NCBI GenBank assembly: GCA_963706735.1
Contig: CAVPNQ010000090.1
Span: 1,217-65,216, forward strand
DNA from: an uncultured Planctomycetia bacterium
GTDB lineage: Bacteria > Planctomycetota > MHYJ01 > WSZJ01
DNA length: 64,000 nucleotides
Direction: 5' to 3'
Shown: piece after piece, positions 54,519 to 63,317 of the stretch
Layout of the letters: each line of letters opens with the position of its first letter
Numbering within the stretch: the stretch's first letter is position 1
Notes under the pieces: model-generated
The model's input: the letters and a program-made list of their open reading frames with translations, nothing else
Told to the model about the DNA's origin: nothing
Databases searched by the model: none
Made by a program: the position numbers and the translations under genes

Positions 54519-55319
54519 ATGCAGCCCCTCATCCTCGTCGCCAGCGGAATCGGGATCGGGTTCTTCGGAACCCTCCTGGGACTCGGCGGCGGATTCATCC
54601 TGGTGCCGGTGCTGCTGTACTTCTATCACTTCGAGAAATCGCTGGCGGTCGGCACGTCGCACGCGGTGATCGTGCTGAACGCGTTCAGCGGTTCGCTCGC
54701 CTTCGACCGGCAGCGCAAGATCGACTACAACCTCGCGGTGTGGCTTGCCGCCGCGGCCATCCCGGCCTCGGCGTTCGCCGGCTGGTACATCGTCCCGCGT
54801 TTCAACTCCCCGTGGTTCCTCGTGGCATTCGCCGCGATGCTGGTCGTCGGTGCGTTCTATATCTCGTTGCGCGGGAAGATCGCGGATCACGAAGCCGTCG
54901 AAGCGCCCAGCCAGGGACGCTTCCGCGCCGCCCTGGCGATTTCCACGCTCAGCGGGCTCATCGCCGTCACGCTCGGTGTCGGCGGTGGAATCTTCTACGT
55001 CCCGCTGCTGTCGATCCTGCTGGGCCGCCCGTTCCACCGCGCCACGGCGACCTCCACGTTCATCCTTCTCCTGTCGTCGCTGGTCGCCGCGACCACGCTC
55101 ATGATCGGCGGCCACTGCCATTTCATGTTCGCCATCTGGCTCGGCATCGGCGTCATCCTCGGGGCCCAGCTGGGCGCGCGCGCGGCCAGGCGGCTCGATG
55201 CGCCCGTGCTCAAGAAAGTCTTCGCCGTGGCCGTGGTCATCGTGGCGGCGAAGCTCGCCTGGGACGGCATCGCGCAGGTCCGCGCCGCGCGCAAGGCGCC
55301 GGCGATCCAGAAGCCGTAA
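54519..55319 (+). CDS. TauE/SafE (TSUP) family anion exporter
   Basis: GIGFFGTLLGLGGGFILVPVLL, and a repeated half GVGGGIFYVPLL; about 8 TM segments. Confidence 0.85.
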   Translation: MQPLILVASGIGIGFFGTLLGLGGGFILVPVLLYFYHFEKSLAVGTSHAVIVLNAFSGSLAFDRQRKIDYNLAVWLAAAAIPASAFAGWYIVPRFNSPWFLVAFAAMLVVGAFYISLRGKIADHEAVEAPSQGRFRAALAISTLSGLIAVTLGVGGGIFYVPLLSILLGRPFHRATATSTFILLLSSLVAATTLMIGGHCHFMFAIWLGIGVILGAQLGARAARRLDAPVLKKVFAVAVVIVAAKLAWDGIAQVRAARKAPAIQKP

Positions 55320-55375
55320 GCGACCCAGCCCCGAACGGCTATCATGCAGGCCCACCCCAAGGAGCCGAGCCTTCC

Positions 55376-56212
55376 ATGCGCCGAATCCTCCCTGCCGTCG
55401 CAGCCGCGCTCATCGTCGCCGCCTGCCTGCGCTCGCCGGCCGACCCGCCCGACCCGCCGGATCCCGTCGTCGTCGGCTTCCAGCTCGAAGCCAATCTCCC
55501 CTGGGTCGATGTCACCTTCGATGGCAAGGGCCCCTTCCGCATGGCCTTCGATACCGGAGCCTCCACGACGGTCGTCCTCCCCGAGGCCGCGCTGGCGAAG
55601 GGACTGATCAAGGGGAACGGCAAGCAGTGGTCCGAAACGACCCAATTCGTGAAGGTCGATAAGGTCAAGATGGGCCCGCTGGAACTGGACGATCTCAAGG
55701 TCGCCATCATGGCGGTCCCCCAGGTCTCCACCCCCGCAACCCTGTTGCAGGTCAAAGCCGAGGGAGTCATCGGTTTCAATTTCATCAGCCGCTTCGTCAC
55801 GACCATCGACTACCGCATGCAGACAATCTCCTTCGTCGAGAATCGCTTCACACCCCCCGATCCCGAGCAGAGCCTCCCTGGAATCACCGTCGGGCCGCGC
55901 ACCTGGTTCGGCGTGCAGGTGGAGGAAGCCGACCCGCGCGACGTGAAGTCAAACGGGTACGACGGCGGGCTCAAGGTGAACAGCGTCACCGACCTCTCGC
56001 CGGCATCCAAGGCCGGGATCCAGGAAGGGGACATCATCGTCGAAATCGCAGGGACCCCCACCGTCCGCGGGTACGCGCTCAAGGACTTCCTGAGCCGAAG
56101 CGCGCCCGGCCAGCGGGTGGCCGTGCTGCTGATCCGCGACGGCATGGTCCACCAGTACGACGTGCTCCTCGGGACGAATTCCGGGGCCCGCAAGTCCAAC
56201 AACGGCAAGTAG
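55376..56212 (+). CDS. Retropepsin-like aspartyl protease + PDZ domain lipoprotein
   Basis: MRRILPAVAAALIVAAC lipobox. FRMAFDTGASTTVV (D-T-G active-site motif). The C-terminal part is PDZ-like (GGLKVNSVTDLSPASKAGIQEGDIIVEIAG). The track ORF start at 54740 overlaps the TauE gene and is rejected. Confidence 0.75.
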   Translation: MRRILPAVAAALIVAACLRSPADPPDPPDPVVVGFQLEANLPWVDVTFDGKGPFRMAFDTGASTTVVLPEAALAKGLIKGNGKQWSETTQFVKVDKVKMGPLELDDLKVAIMAVPQVSTPATLLQVKAEGVIGFNFISRFVTTIDYRMQTISFVENRFTPPDPEQSLPGITVGPRTWFGVQVEEADPRDVKSNGYDGGLKVNSVTDLSPASKAGIQEGDIIVEIAGTPTVRGYALKDFLSRSAPGQRVAVLLIRDGMVHQYDVLLGTNSGARKSNNGK

Positions 56213-56239
56213 CCGGGCCCCGGTCGCGGGGAAGAGCGT

Positions 56240-59200
56240 CTACTCCTCTTCCTCGCTCTCCCCGCGCGACTGCACGAACCGCTCGAGGATCGTCGAGTAT
56301 TCCGGCAGCACCCAGGTCTCCACGGCCTCCTTCGCAGGAGCCGCTTCCTTCTTCGACTTCGCCTTCTTGCCGTGGTCTTCCTCCTCGCGGGCGAGGGGAA
56401 TGATCGCCAGCTGGCCGCCGTCCTTCGCGAACCGCTTGTCGATCAGCGCCATGCCGATCTGCGCCTTGCCGACCAGCGTGCAGCTCGTGACCTCGCCGAT
56501 TTTCTGGCCCTTGGAATTCGCGACGGGGTAGTGCGGCCGCACGGCGCGCGCCTTGTCGGAGTTCACCCTGAAGCGCACCACGGAGACCTTCGACGCCTCC
56601 TCGCGCGCGATCATCGCGTCGCGACCGACGAAGAACGGCTTGTGGCGCTTCACGAACGCCCCGTACCCGGCCTCGTGGGGAATGATGTTGCGGTCGCCGG
56701 CGAGTTCGTGGCCGTAGAGGGGGAACCCGACTTCGGTGCGGGTGGAGTCGCGGGCGCCCAGGCCGCAGCGCTGGATGCCGTGCTTTTCCCCGGCGGCGAG
56801 CAGGCCGTTCCAGAGTTTGGGGGCGTGGTCCGGGTGGACGTAAATTTCGAACCCGGTCGTTTCGCCCGTGTAGCCGGTGCGCGAGACGATCACCGGGATC
56901 TTTCCGCAGAGCGTCGTCTCGATGAAGTCGGACTTCTTGCAGTCGCGAAGGGCCGCCCTGGATTCCCGGCTGTCGCAGGCGCGCTGGAGGATGGCGAGCG
57001 ATTTGGGGCCCTGCACGGCGATGTCCACGAGCTGGTCGGGGCCGCTCGCGTCGTCCTTGAGATTGCGAAGGGTCACGTCGCCCTCGATCTCAAGCGCCGG
57101 CCGGTTGTTGTCGAGGACGTACCGGCGCGCAGCGACGCCCGTGAACCACGCCCAGAGCTTGTCGGCGTTGGACGCGTTCACGACGAGCAGGAAGCGGTCC
57201 CACGCGCGGCGGTAGACGAGAATGTCGTCGAGCACGTTCCCGTCCGGGTCCAGCACGTACGTGTAGTGCGTCTGCCCGTCGCGGAGCTTGGGCACGAAGT
57301 TCGTGGTGACGAGATCGATGAAGCGCTGGGCGTTGGGGCCGGCGACCTCCATCGTCCCCATGTGGGTGATGTCGAACAGGCCGGCGCGCGACCGCACCGC
57401 GTCGTGCTCGTCGCCGATCGTGGTGTACAGCACGGGCATTTCCCAGCCTGCGAACGGCACCATGCGGCCCTTCGCGCCCTTGGCGTCCTTCTCCAGGTGC
57501 TGCGCGTAGAGACACGATTTCTTGAGCGGGCCTTCGTACTCCTTCCAGACGAACTTCTCCTTCTTCGCGGGCGCCGCGGCGACCTTGCGGCAGCCGATGT
57601 AGTACGGTTTCGCCAGGTCAGGCTTCGCTTCGTCGCGCTTCGCGGCTTCCCGCGTCCTCAGTCCGGCCGGCACGGCGCCGGCGGCCTTCAGTTTCGACCA
57701 TGTGCGGAGGGCGCCGTCGGGGCGCACGAACACGAGGTACCAGTCCTTCGCGCCGGGGCGGGCACAGATCACCTGGACGCCGTCAATGGCCCCCTGGGCC
57801 CAGCGGCCGGGCTGCAGGGCGCCGAAGGAAGCGCAAACGGCTTTCAGCGTGGCGGCGGCCTTCGGCCCCGCGAGACCGAGGACGAGCTGCCGGCGTTCCG
57901 GCTTGCGCGCGATCCTGATGTCGTCCACCGAGACGGGACCGTCGATCTTGGCATGGAGGTCGTTCGGGTCGAAGCGCACGAAACCGTCGGAGAGCGCTTC
58001 CAGCCACCCCTGCGTCCGGCGATCGGCGTCGAACAGCCAGTACTCGTCGGAGCCGTCGGCGCCCTCGGGGAGACGGACCAGGACGGGCTCGTCGGTCGTT
58101 TCGCCGGAGGGGGAGAGGAGGACCGCCGGGCCGCATTCGCCCGGCGCGAACCGCGTCGTGCTTGCGAAAACCTCGGCCACGAACGGCCGCGCGCGCTCCC
58201 CGCGGATCGAGAACACCGGGCGGTCGCTCCAGTCGAACAGCGCGGCGCCCTTGTCCAGCGCGGCGCGCTCCGCCGTCGGTTCGCCGAAGTGAACCGGCGT
58301 CATCCAGCCGTCGCGGTCCTCCAGCGACGCCTTCGCTTCCTTGTGCGCCGCCGTCAACGGCGTCTCGTTCCGCTCCGCCATCACCCGCGTCGCCCCGATC
58401 TCGGCCGTATCCCACCGCGCTTCCGAGGCCAGCTTTCGAACGCCGTCGCGGACGGCCTGAAGCGCCTCTGGGGAGATCTTGGCGCGGCCGGCGAGGCCGG
58501 CGCCGCCGTCGACGTCGTACGGCTCGCACTCCCTGAGCGCCTTCGCGATCAGCCCGGCCAGCGTGGACATGTGGCTTTCGGTGAGGCCGCGCTGCGTCAT
58601 GAAGCACGTGCCGATGCGCAGGCCGCTCGGGCGAGCGGCGTTCGCATCGCCAGGAAGCGTGTTCTTGTTCAGCGTGATGCCGCACAGGTCCAGGATGTTC
58701 GCCGCCACGTCGCCGGAAAGCCCCGCGCCCGTCTTCGTCTCGAGCCCCTTCAGGTCGATCGTGAACAGGTGGACGTAGTTGTGTTCCTTCTTCTTCGTCT
58801 TCGGGTCGTTCTCGCTCTGCGCGTTGAGGCGTTCGGGAAGAGCGACGCCGCCGGCGAGGGGGATGCCTTCCTTCACGAGCGCCCTGATGAGGGCCTTGGT
58901 ATTGGCGACGACCTGCTTCATGAGCGCCTTGAACTTCGGCGTGGCGACCATCCCGAAGCAGACGGCCTTCGCCGCGATCTGGTGCAGGTGAGGCCCGCCC
59001 TGCTCGCCGGGGAATACCGCGCCGTCGAGCGCGCGCGCGTAGCCGGCGTCCGTCGAGATGAGGATCGCCCCGCGAGGCCCGCACAGCGTCTTGTGCGTGG
59101 TCATGGAGACGACGTCCGCGATGCCGACCGGGTTCGACAGCAGCCCCGCCGCGATCAGCCCCGCCGGATGGCTCACGTCCGCCAGGAGGATCGCCCCGCA

Positions 59201-59929
59201 CTCGTCGGCAATCTTCCGCAGCCGGTCCCAGTCGATGTCGTACGGGTACGCCGACCCGCCGCCGATCAGCAGTTTCGGCTTCTTCTCCGCGCAGACCCGC
59301 GCGATTTCGTCGTAGTTCAGCAGGCCCGTCTCGGGATCCAGGTGGTACGGCGTCACCGTGTACCGCTTCCCGCTCCGGTTCGCCGGGCTTCCGTGCGTCA
59401 GGTGCCCGCCGTGCGCCAGGTTCAGCCCGACCACCGCATCCCCGGGCTTCAGGAACGCCTCGTAAACCGCGTTGTTCGCCGCCGCGCCCGACAGGGGCTG
59501 GACGTTCACGTAGAGGCTGGAAGCGGGGAATGCGGCCGTCGCGAAAACCTCGGCCGCGCGGCGCTGGGCCAGGACCTCGACGAAATCGGAGAATTCGGTG
59601 CCCTTATAGAAGCGGCGGTCGCCATAGCGGCGGTGGTAGGCGATGAAGCGCTCGAAGTCGGCGACGCGGCCGGATTCGCGGCGCGCGAGGCGGTTCGAGG
59701 GGTAGCCCTCGGCGTAGATGTTCGCGAATGCGGACGACATCGCTTCGCGCACCGCGCGGGGAGCGACCGATTCGCTGGCGATCAGGATGATGCGGTCGGC
59801 CTGGCGGTCTTCCTCCCAGCGGGACAGTAGCCCGGTATCCGGGTCCAGTTCGTCGAGCGATTCGCGGAAGAGGAAATCGGCGACGGGAGTGCGCGGGGGA
59901 GCGGGAGGGGCGGATTTGACGGCTTTCAT
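56240..59929 (-). CDS. Fusion protein: serine hydroxymethyltransferase + GcvT-like folate-binding domain + aminomethyltransferase (GcvT)
   Basis: Start ATG 59929, with an alternative at 59986. SHMT part: LIASES.APRAV..., VQPLSGAAAN, HGGHLTHG, and VVSMTTHKTLCGPRG with the PLP lysine. Middle part: ALFDWSDRPVFSIRGERARPFV. GcvT part: GWEMPVLY...AVRSRAGLFDITHMGTMEVAGPNAQRFIDLV...YTYVLDPDGNVLDDILVYR...SRTGYTGETGFEIYV...CGLGARDSTRTEVGFPLYGHEL. Confidence 0.88.
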   Translation of the reverse strand: MKAVKSAPPAPPRTPVADFLFRESLDELDPDTGLLSRWEEDRQADRIILIASESVAPRAVREAMSSAFANIYAEGYPSNRLARRESGRVADFERFIAYHRRYGDRRFYKGTEFSDFVEVLAQRRAAEVFATAAFPASSLYVNVQPLSGAAANNAVYEAFLKPGDAVVGLNLAHGGHLTHGSPANRSGKRYTVTPYHLDPETGLLNYDEIARVCAEKKPKLLIGGGSAYPYDIDWDRLRKIADECGAILLADVSHPAGLIAAGLLSNPVGIADVVSMTTHKTLCGPRGAILISTDAGYARALDGAVFPGEQGGPHLHQIAAKAVCFGMVATPKFKALMKQVVANTKALIRALVKEGIPLAGGVALPERLNAQSENDPKTKKKEHNYVHLFTIDLKGLETKTGAGLSGDVAANILDLCGITLNKNTLPGDANAARPSGLRIGTCFMTQRGLTESHMSTLAGLIAKALRECEPYDVDGGAGLAGRAKISPEALQAVRDGVRKLASEARWDTAEIGATRVMAERNETPLTAAHKEAKASLEDRDGWMTPVHFGEPTAERAALDKGAALFDWSDRPVFSIRGERARPFVAEVFASTTRFAPGECGPAVLLSPSGETTDEPVLVRLPEGADGSDEYWLFDADRRTQGWLEALSDGFVRFDPNDLHAKIDGPVSVDDIRIARKPERRQLVLGLAGPKAAATLKAVCASFGALQPGRWAQGAIDGVQVICARPGAKDWYLVFVRPDGALRTWSKLKAAGAVPAGLRTREAAKRDEAKPDLAKPYYIGCRKVAAAPAKKEKFVWKEYEGPLKKSCLYAQHLEKDAKGAKGRMVPFAGWEMPVLYTTIGDEHDAVRSRAGLFDITHMGTMEVAGPNAQRFIDLVTTNFVPKLRDGQTHYTYVLDPDGNVLDDILVYRRAWDRFLLVVNASNADKLWAWFTGVAARRYVLDNNRPALEIEGDVTLRNLKDDASGPDQLVDIAVQGPKSLAILQRACDSRESRAALRDCKKSDFIETTLCGKIPVIVSRTGYTGETTGFEIYVHPDHAPKLWNGLLAAGEKHGIQRCGLGARDSTRTEVGFPLYGHELAGDRNIIPHEAGYGAFVKRHKPFFVGRDAMIAREEASKVSVVRFRVNSDKARAVRPHYPVANSKGQKIGEVTSCTLVGKAQIGMALIDKRFAKDGGQLAIIPLAREEEDHGKKAKSKKEAAPAKEAVETWVLPEYSTILERFVQSRGESEEEE

Positions 59930-59970
59930 GGAGCCTCGCGGGAAAATTCGGGGGTGAAACGAAGGGCGCG

Positions 59971-59997
59971 AAAAGAAGCGGGGCATTCTATGCCCGC
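59971..59997 (-). terminator. Probable intrinsic terminator after the HEAT-like gene, about 40 nt upstream of the SHMT-GcvT start
   Basis: On the - strand: GCGGGCAT-aga-ATGCCCCGC with one bulge, followed by TTCTTTT. Confidence 0.6.
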
Positions 59998-60082
59998 GGA
60001 GGTGGAGTGTCCACGAAGCGAGGTCGCCCCGGGCAGGGGAGCCAGGCGAAGAGGAATTGCCCGGGCCGGGCGGGCGGCGCGA

Positions 60083-60904
60083 CTACTTCGGATCGGGCTC
60101 CGGAGGAGCGGGCGGGGGATCGTACGACTCCTTCTTTTCCTTCCACCACGCGCGGGCCTTCTTCAGCCACGGCCCGATCTCCTCGCCGAGCGGCTCGGCG
60201 AACTGCGTGTGGCTCGCGAAGGCCTTCGCCAGTTCGGCGCAGACAAGCTTCACCTCGTCCCCCTTCACGGTCTGCAGTTCGTTCAAGCGCGACAGGTACG
60301 CCTCGACAAGCTGCTCGCTCTTGACCGCCGTCGTCTTGCAGATGTTGTCCACGGCAAACGAGAAGTTCTTGGTATCGACCACCTTGATGAAGTACGGCGC
60401 CGCGTCCTTTCCGCCGATCTCCGCGATGGCCGAGACCGCTTCCTTGCAGAGCGCCACTTCGTTCTCCCACTCCAGCCCGGCCGTGCCGGAAGACGCGGAC
60501 TTGCCGCTCGGTTTCGGCTTGCTGATCCGGGGGAGGTACTTGTCCAGCACCTTGCCGATTTCTTCCTTGGCCGTCTCGACGTGCTGATTCGACTTCAGGT
60601 AGGTGAGCGCTCCCATGCGCAGCCCCGAATCGGCGTCGTCGAGCATGTCCGCGATCGCCTTCGCCACGTCGGGACTCCGGGCGTTCAGGTGCGAGTCGTT
60701 CAGCTTGCCGAGGGCGTCCAGCGCCGCGCGCCGCTTCATCGGGTCCTTGGACCGCTTTCCCCTGGCGAATTCCCGCAGCGCGTCGTCCTGTTCCTTCTGG
60801 TGGCGGACGCACATCGCCTTGTCCATGCAGGCGTCGCAATCGGCGGCGAAGGCGCGGGCGGAAACGAGGACCAGCAGGGCGAGCGACAGGGCCGTGGCGC
60901 GCAT
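60083..60904 (-). CDS. Hypothetical secreted HEAT-like repeat protein
   Basis: Start ATG 60904: MRATALSLALLVLVSARAFA signal peptide. Helical repeats (KRRAALDALGKL; SGLRMGALTYL). Pro-rich C-terminus. The 626-aa track ORF extends upstream spuriously, antisense to kinase 3. Confidence 0.65.
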   Translation of the reverse strand: MRATALSLALLVLVSARAFAADCDACMDKAMCVRHQKEQDDALREFARGKRSKDPMKRRAALDALGKLNDSHLNARSPDVAKAIADMLDDADSGLRMGALTYLKSNQHVETAKEEIGKVLDKYLPRISKPKPSGKSASSGTAGLEWENEVALCKEAVSAIAEIGGKDAAPYFIKVVDTKNFSFAVDNICKTTAVKSEQLVEAYLSRLNELQTVKGDEVKLVCAELAKAFASHTQFAEPLGEEIGPWLKKARAWWKEKKESYDPPPAPPEPDPK

Positions 60905-61072
60905 GGGGCTTCTTCTCCGCAAAGGTAACGCCCCCAAGTTTCCCGCCGGGATGGCGTCGGGGCAAGCGGGAAATGGATCGGTGCGCTCGCCAGTTGCGCC
61001 GCCTGCCCGCCCCCGGTAGCATGTGCGCCCGTCGTGCCACCCCTCATCCCGCGCCAAGGGAGAGCCACTGTG

Positions 61073-62104
61073 ATGTTCGGCAAGAAGCCGGTCGCGAACG
61101 ACCTCAAGGAAATCAACGACAAGGTCCGCTTCAAGCTCATCCGCAAAATCGCGGAGGGCGGGATGGGATCTGTCTATGAGGGCGTGCTGGCAGGGGCGGA
61201 GGGGTTCGAGAAGACCGTCGCGATCAAGACGATCCAGGAGTCGCTGTCCAACGATCCTGAGTTCATCGAGATGTTCATCGGCGAAGCCAAGCTGGTCGCC
61301 GACCTCGTGCACCAGTACATCGTGCAGATCTACCAGATGGGCAAGGTCGGCTCGATCTACTACATGGCGATGGAATACGTGGAGGGCGTGAACCTCCAGG
61401 AGTTCATGAACCGCCACTACGAGCGGCGCATGAAGCTCCCCATCGACATCGGCACGTACATCATCTCGCGCGTCTGCCGCGGCCTCGAATACGCCCATCG
61501 CAAGACCGACCGCGCCGGCAACCTCCTCAACGTCGTCCACCGCGACATCTCCCCGAAGAACCTCATGATCTCCACCGAGGGCTTCGTGAAGCTCACCGAC
61601 TTCGGCATCGCCAAGGCCCGCAACCTCATGAAGAACCAGGAAGGCGAGGTTCTCATGGGCAAGGCCCAGTACATGTCCCCCGAGCAGGCCCAGTACATGC
61701 AGACCGACGGCCGAAGCGACCTGTTCTCCCTGGGCATCGTCGCGTGGGAACTGCTGACGGGGCAGAGCCTCTTCGGAAGCGAAAACACCGGGATCATCCT
61801 CGAGAACGTCGTCTACAAGGAAATCCCGCCGGCGCGCCGCGTGAACCCGGAGATTCCCGAGGAAGTCGAGCGCATCCTGAACAAGGCGCTTCAGCGCGAC
61901 ATGAACAACCGCTACCAGGACGCGAGCCGCATGGCCTACGACCTGGAGTACTACATGTATCACAACCGCTTCGGCCCCACGAACGTGACGCTCAAGAAGT
62001 ACATGCAGCGCATGTTCCCGGAGATCTTCAAGGCCACGCCGCGCCGCACGGACAGCGAGATTTTCCCTGCGGATTCTGACCCGGCGGCCAAGAAGAAGGT
62101 CTAG
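61073..62104 (+). CDS. Canonical cytoplasmic Ser/Thr protein kinase
   Basis: GGGAGAG lies upstream of ATG 61073. IAEGGMGSVYEG (G-loop), VAIKTI, HRDISPKN, DFGIA, SPEQ, and DLFSLG. Confidence 0.9.
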   Translation: MFGKKPVANDLKEINDKVRFKLIRKIAEGGMGSVYEGVLAGAEGFEKTVAIKTIQESLSNDPEFIEMFIGEAKLVADLVHQYIVQIYQMGKVGSIYYMAMEYVEGVNLQEFMNRHYERRMKLPIDIGTYIISRVCRGLEYAHRKTDRAGNLLNVVHRDISPKNLMISTEGFVKLTDFGIAKARNLMKNQEGEVLMGKAQYMSPEQAQYMQTDGRSDLFSLGIVAWELLTGQSLFGSENTGIILENVVYKEIPPARRVNPEIPEEVERILNKALQRDMNNRYQDASRMAYDLEYYMYHNRFGPTNVTLKKYMQRMFPEIFKATPRRTDSEIFPADSDPAAKKKV

Positions 62105-62119
62105 GGCGCGCCACAGACC

Positions 62120-62148
62120 TTGCCCGATTCAGGGCCCTTCGCTAGACT
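62120..62148 (+). promoter_or_regulatory. Candidate promoter of tRNA-His
   Basis: TTGCCC (62120-62125), 17 nt, then TAGACT (62143-62148), 12 nt before the tRNA 5' end. Confidence 0.4.
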
Positions 62149-62160
62149 CCGCGCCCTCAC

Positions 62161-62236
62161 GGTGGGTATAGCTCAACCTGGCTAGAGCATCAGATTGTGG
62201 CTCTGAACGTTGCGGGTTCGAATCCCGTTACCCACC
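62161..62236 (+). tRNA. tRNA-His (anticodon GTG) with genome-encoded G-1; no encoded CCA
   Basis: Manual cloverleaf. G-1 at 62161 pairs with discriminator C at 62236. Acceptor GTGGGTA/TACCCAC. D stem GCTC/GAGC. Anticodon stem TCAGA/TCTGA with loop TTGTGGC (GTG at 62197-62199). T arm GCGGG-TTCGAAT-CCCGT. The 3' flank is TCC. Confidence 0.93.
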
Positions 62237-62240
62237 TCCT

Positions 62241-62355
62241 CGGACGGGCGCGCGTCGGCCGGCGCCTGCGTGCGTCGGGCCAGTAAACCTCCCGGTTGTC
62301 GCTGGCGGGGACCGGCCCGACGCACTCCGGCGCCGGCGCGACGCGCGCCCGTCCG
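62241..62355. repeat. Long GC-rich imperfect hairpin immediately 3' of tRNA-His
   Basis: The left arm 62241-62281 and the reverse complement of the right arm 62314-62355 share blocks of 17, 8 and 12 identical nt, separated by a 1-nt bulge and a 3-nt internal loop. The apical loop is 32 nt. No T tract follows. Confidence 0.75.
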
Positions 62356-62397
62356 GGGAAGGAAAACTGCTGATTTCTCGGGGCCCACGGCGGGATC

Positions 62398-63309
62398 ATG
62401 GCGAATTCCAGTTCAACGCCCGGCAAACAGCACGACTCCCGCCCGCCGACGTCGCCGGGGAAGGGCTTCCATGATGGCGGCCGGTTCTTTTTCGCCTGCG
62501 ACTACGCGCCGGTGGTCGAGCGCGGATTCAAGGGCGCGGGCGAGGTCAACCTCTGGGTGGAGACGGAGGGAAGCGGTCCCCCGCTTCTGCTGCTCCACGG
62601 GGGGCCGGATTTCGACCACCGCGCGTTTCATCCGGGCATGTCGGCGCTGGCGACGAAGCGAAAGCTGATCTATCTCGACCTGCGCGGGCGGTGCATGAGC
62701 CGGACCCGGCAACCCGTGGGGCTGGATCGCGACGTCCACGACGTGGCGGCGGTTCTGACGACGCTCGGGATCGAGTCGGTCGAGATCCTGGCGCATTCGC
62801 ACGGCGGTTACGTGGCGGCGGCGTTCGCGTACGCGTTTCCGGGGCGGGTGAGAAGGCTCATCACGGTGGGGACGGCGTGGGGAGAGAAACCGGAGGAAGC
62901 CCGGGCACGGGTGCTGAAGGCTCCCGCCACCGGCGCGGCGCGGACGCTCGAAGAACAGAGACACTTGCGCGACGGGTTGTTCTTTCTGAAACCGCCGGCG
63001 AAGGAACTCAAGCGGCATTACGACCGGTGCGTCGAGTGGATCGAATCCCCTGGCGCCTATGATTTCGCGCGACAATATGCAGAAGCGGGCGGCCAGCCCC
63101 CGGGGGAGCTCGAGCTGTCCCGCACGCTGTGCCCTGTGCTTCTCATCGCGGGAGAACAGGATTCCTTCGCTTCCGTCGAGAAGCTGCGCGCCGCGGCAGC
63201 CCGGCTCGGTCCGCGCTTCAAGGTGGAATCCATCCCCGACTGCCGGCACATGCCTTGGATCGAGCAGCCGGAGAAGTTCTTCACGGTCGTTTCGGCGTTC
63301 CTGGGGTAG
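62398..63309 (+). CDS. Alpha/beta-fold hydrolase (proline iminopeptidase-like)
   Basis: PLLLLHGGPD oxyanion region, a nucleophile elbow AHSHGG, and a C-terminal ..DCRHMPWIEQPE.. with the catalytic His context. Confidence 0.8.
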   Translation: MANSSSTPGKQHDSRPPTSPGKGFHDGGRFFFACDYAPVVERGFKGAGEVNLWVETEGSGPPLLLLHGGPDFDHRAFHPGMSALATKRKLIYLDLRGRCMSRTRQPVGLDRDVHDVAAVLTTLGIESVEILAHSHGGYVAAAFAYAFPGRVRRLITVGTAWGEKPEEARARVLKAPATGAARTLEEQRHLRDGLFFLKPPAKELKRHYDRCVEWIESPGAYDFARQYAEAGGQPPGELELSRTLCPVLLIAGEQDSFASVEKLRAAAARLGPRFKVESIPDCRHMPWIEQPEKFFTVVSAFLG

Positions 63310-63317
63310 CGGTCGCC

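Noticed and set aside
54740-55375. Long N-terminal extension of the aspartyl-protease/PDZ ORF (track start 54740).
   Set aside because: It overlaps the TauE/SafE gene in another frame and is Arg/Pro-rich. A lipoprotein signal peptide begins at ATG 55376.
42825-59830. Other ORFs above 500 aa antisense to real genes: 42825-45161(+), 46114-49659(+), 49678-51888(-), 51934-53460(-) and 56372-59830(+). The same applies to 831-2423(-), 22465-24153(-), 29008-30132(-), 31310-33466(-) and 33982-35430(-).
   Set aside because: Each overlaps a gene with clear family motifs on the other strand (glmS/rpsA, the kinases, gltX, SHMT-GcvT, FHA-HD-GYP, TPR, the ABC genes, accC). Their own translations are Arg/Pro/Gly/His-rich with no motifs.
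59930-60082. Glycine, ZTP or THF riboswitch upstream of the SHMT-GcvT fusion.
   Set aside because: The 153-nt gap is largely taken up by the terminator of the upstream gene. I could not find the glycine-riboswitch cores (GGAGAG...ACCGAAGGGGCAA-like) or the ZTP CUGGCG...CCGCCUGGGCA pair. Only a partial CGCCTGGCT resemblance is present. Infernal cmscan would settle it.
59954-61963. 324-aa ORF 59954-60928(+), and the upstream two-thirds of the 626-aa ORF 60083-61963(-).
   Set aside because: The first is antisense to the HEAT-like gene and is Arg-rich. The second runs antisense through the canonical kinase at 61073-62104. Only its C-terminal 273 codons, from the signal peptide at 60904, look genuine.
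62105-62400. Genomic island or integrative element at the tRNA-His locus.
   Set aside because: There is no integrase, excisionase or direct repeat of the tRNA 3' end within the window, and the flanking genes are ordinary. Only the hairpin is reported.
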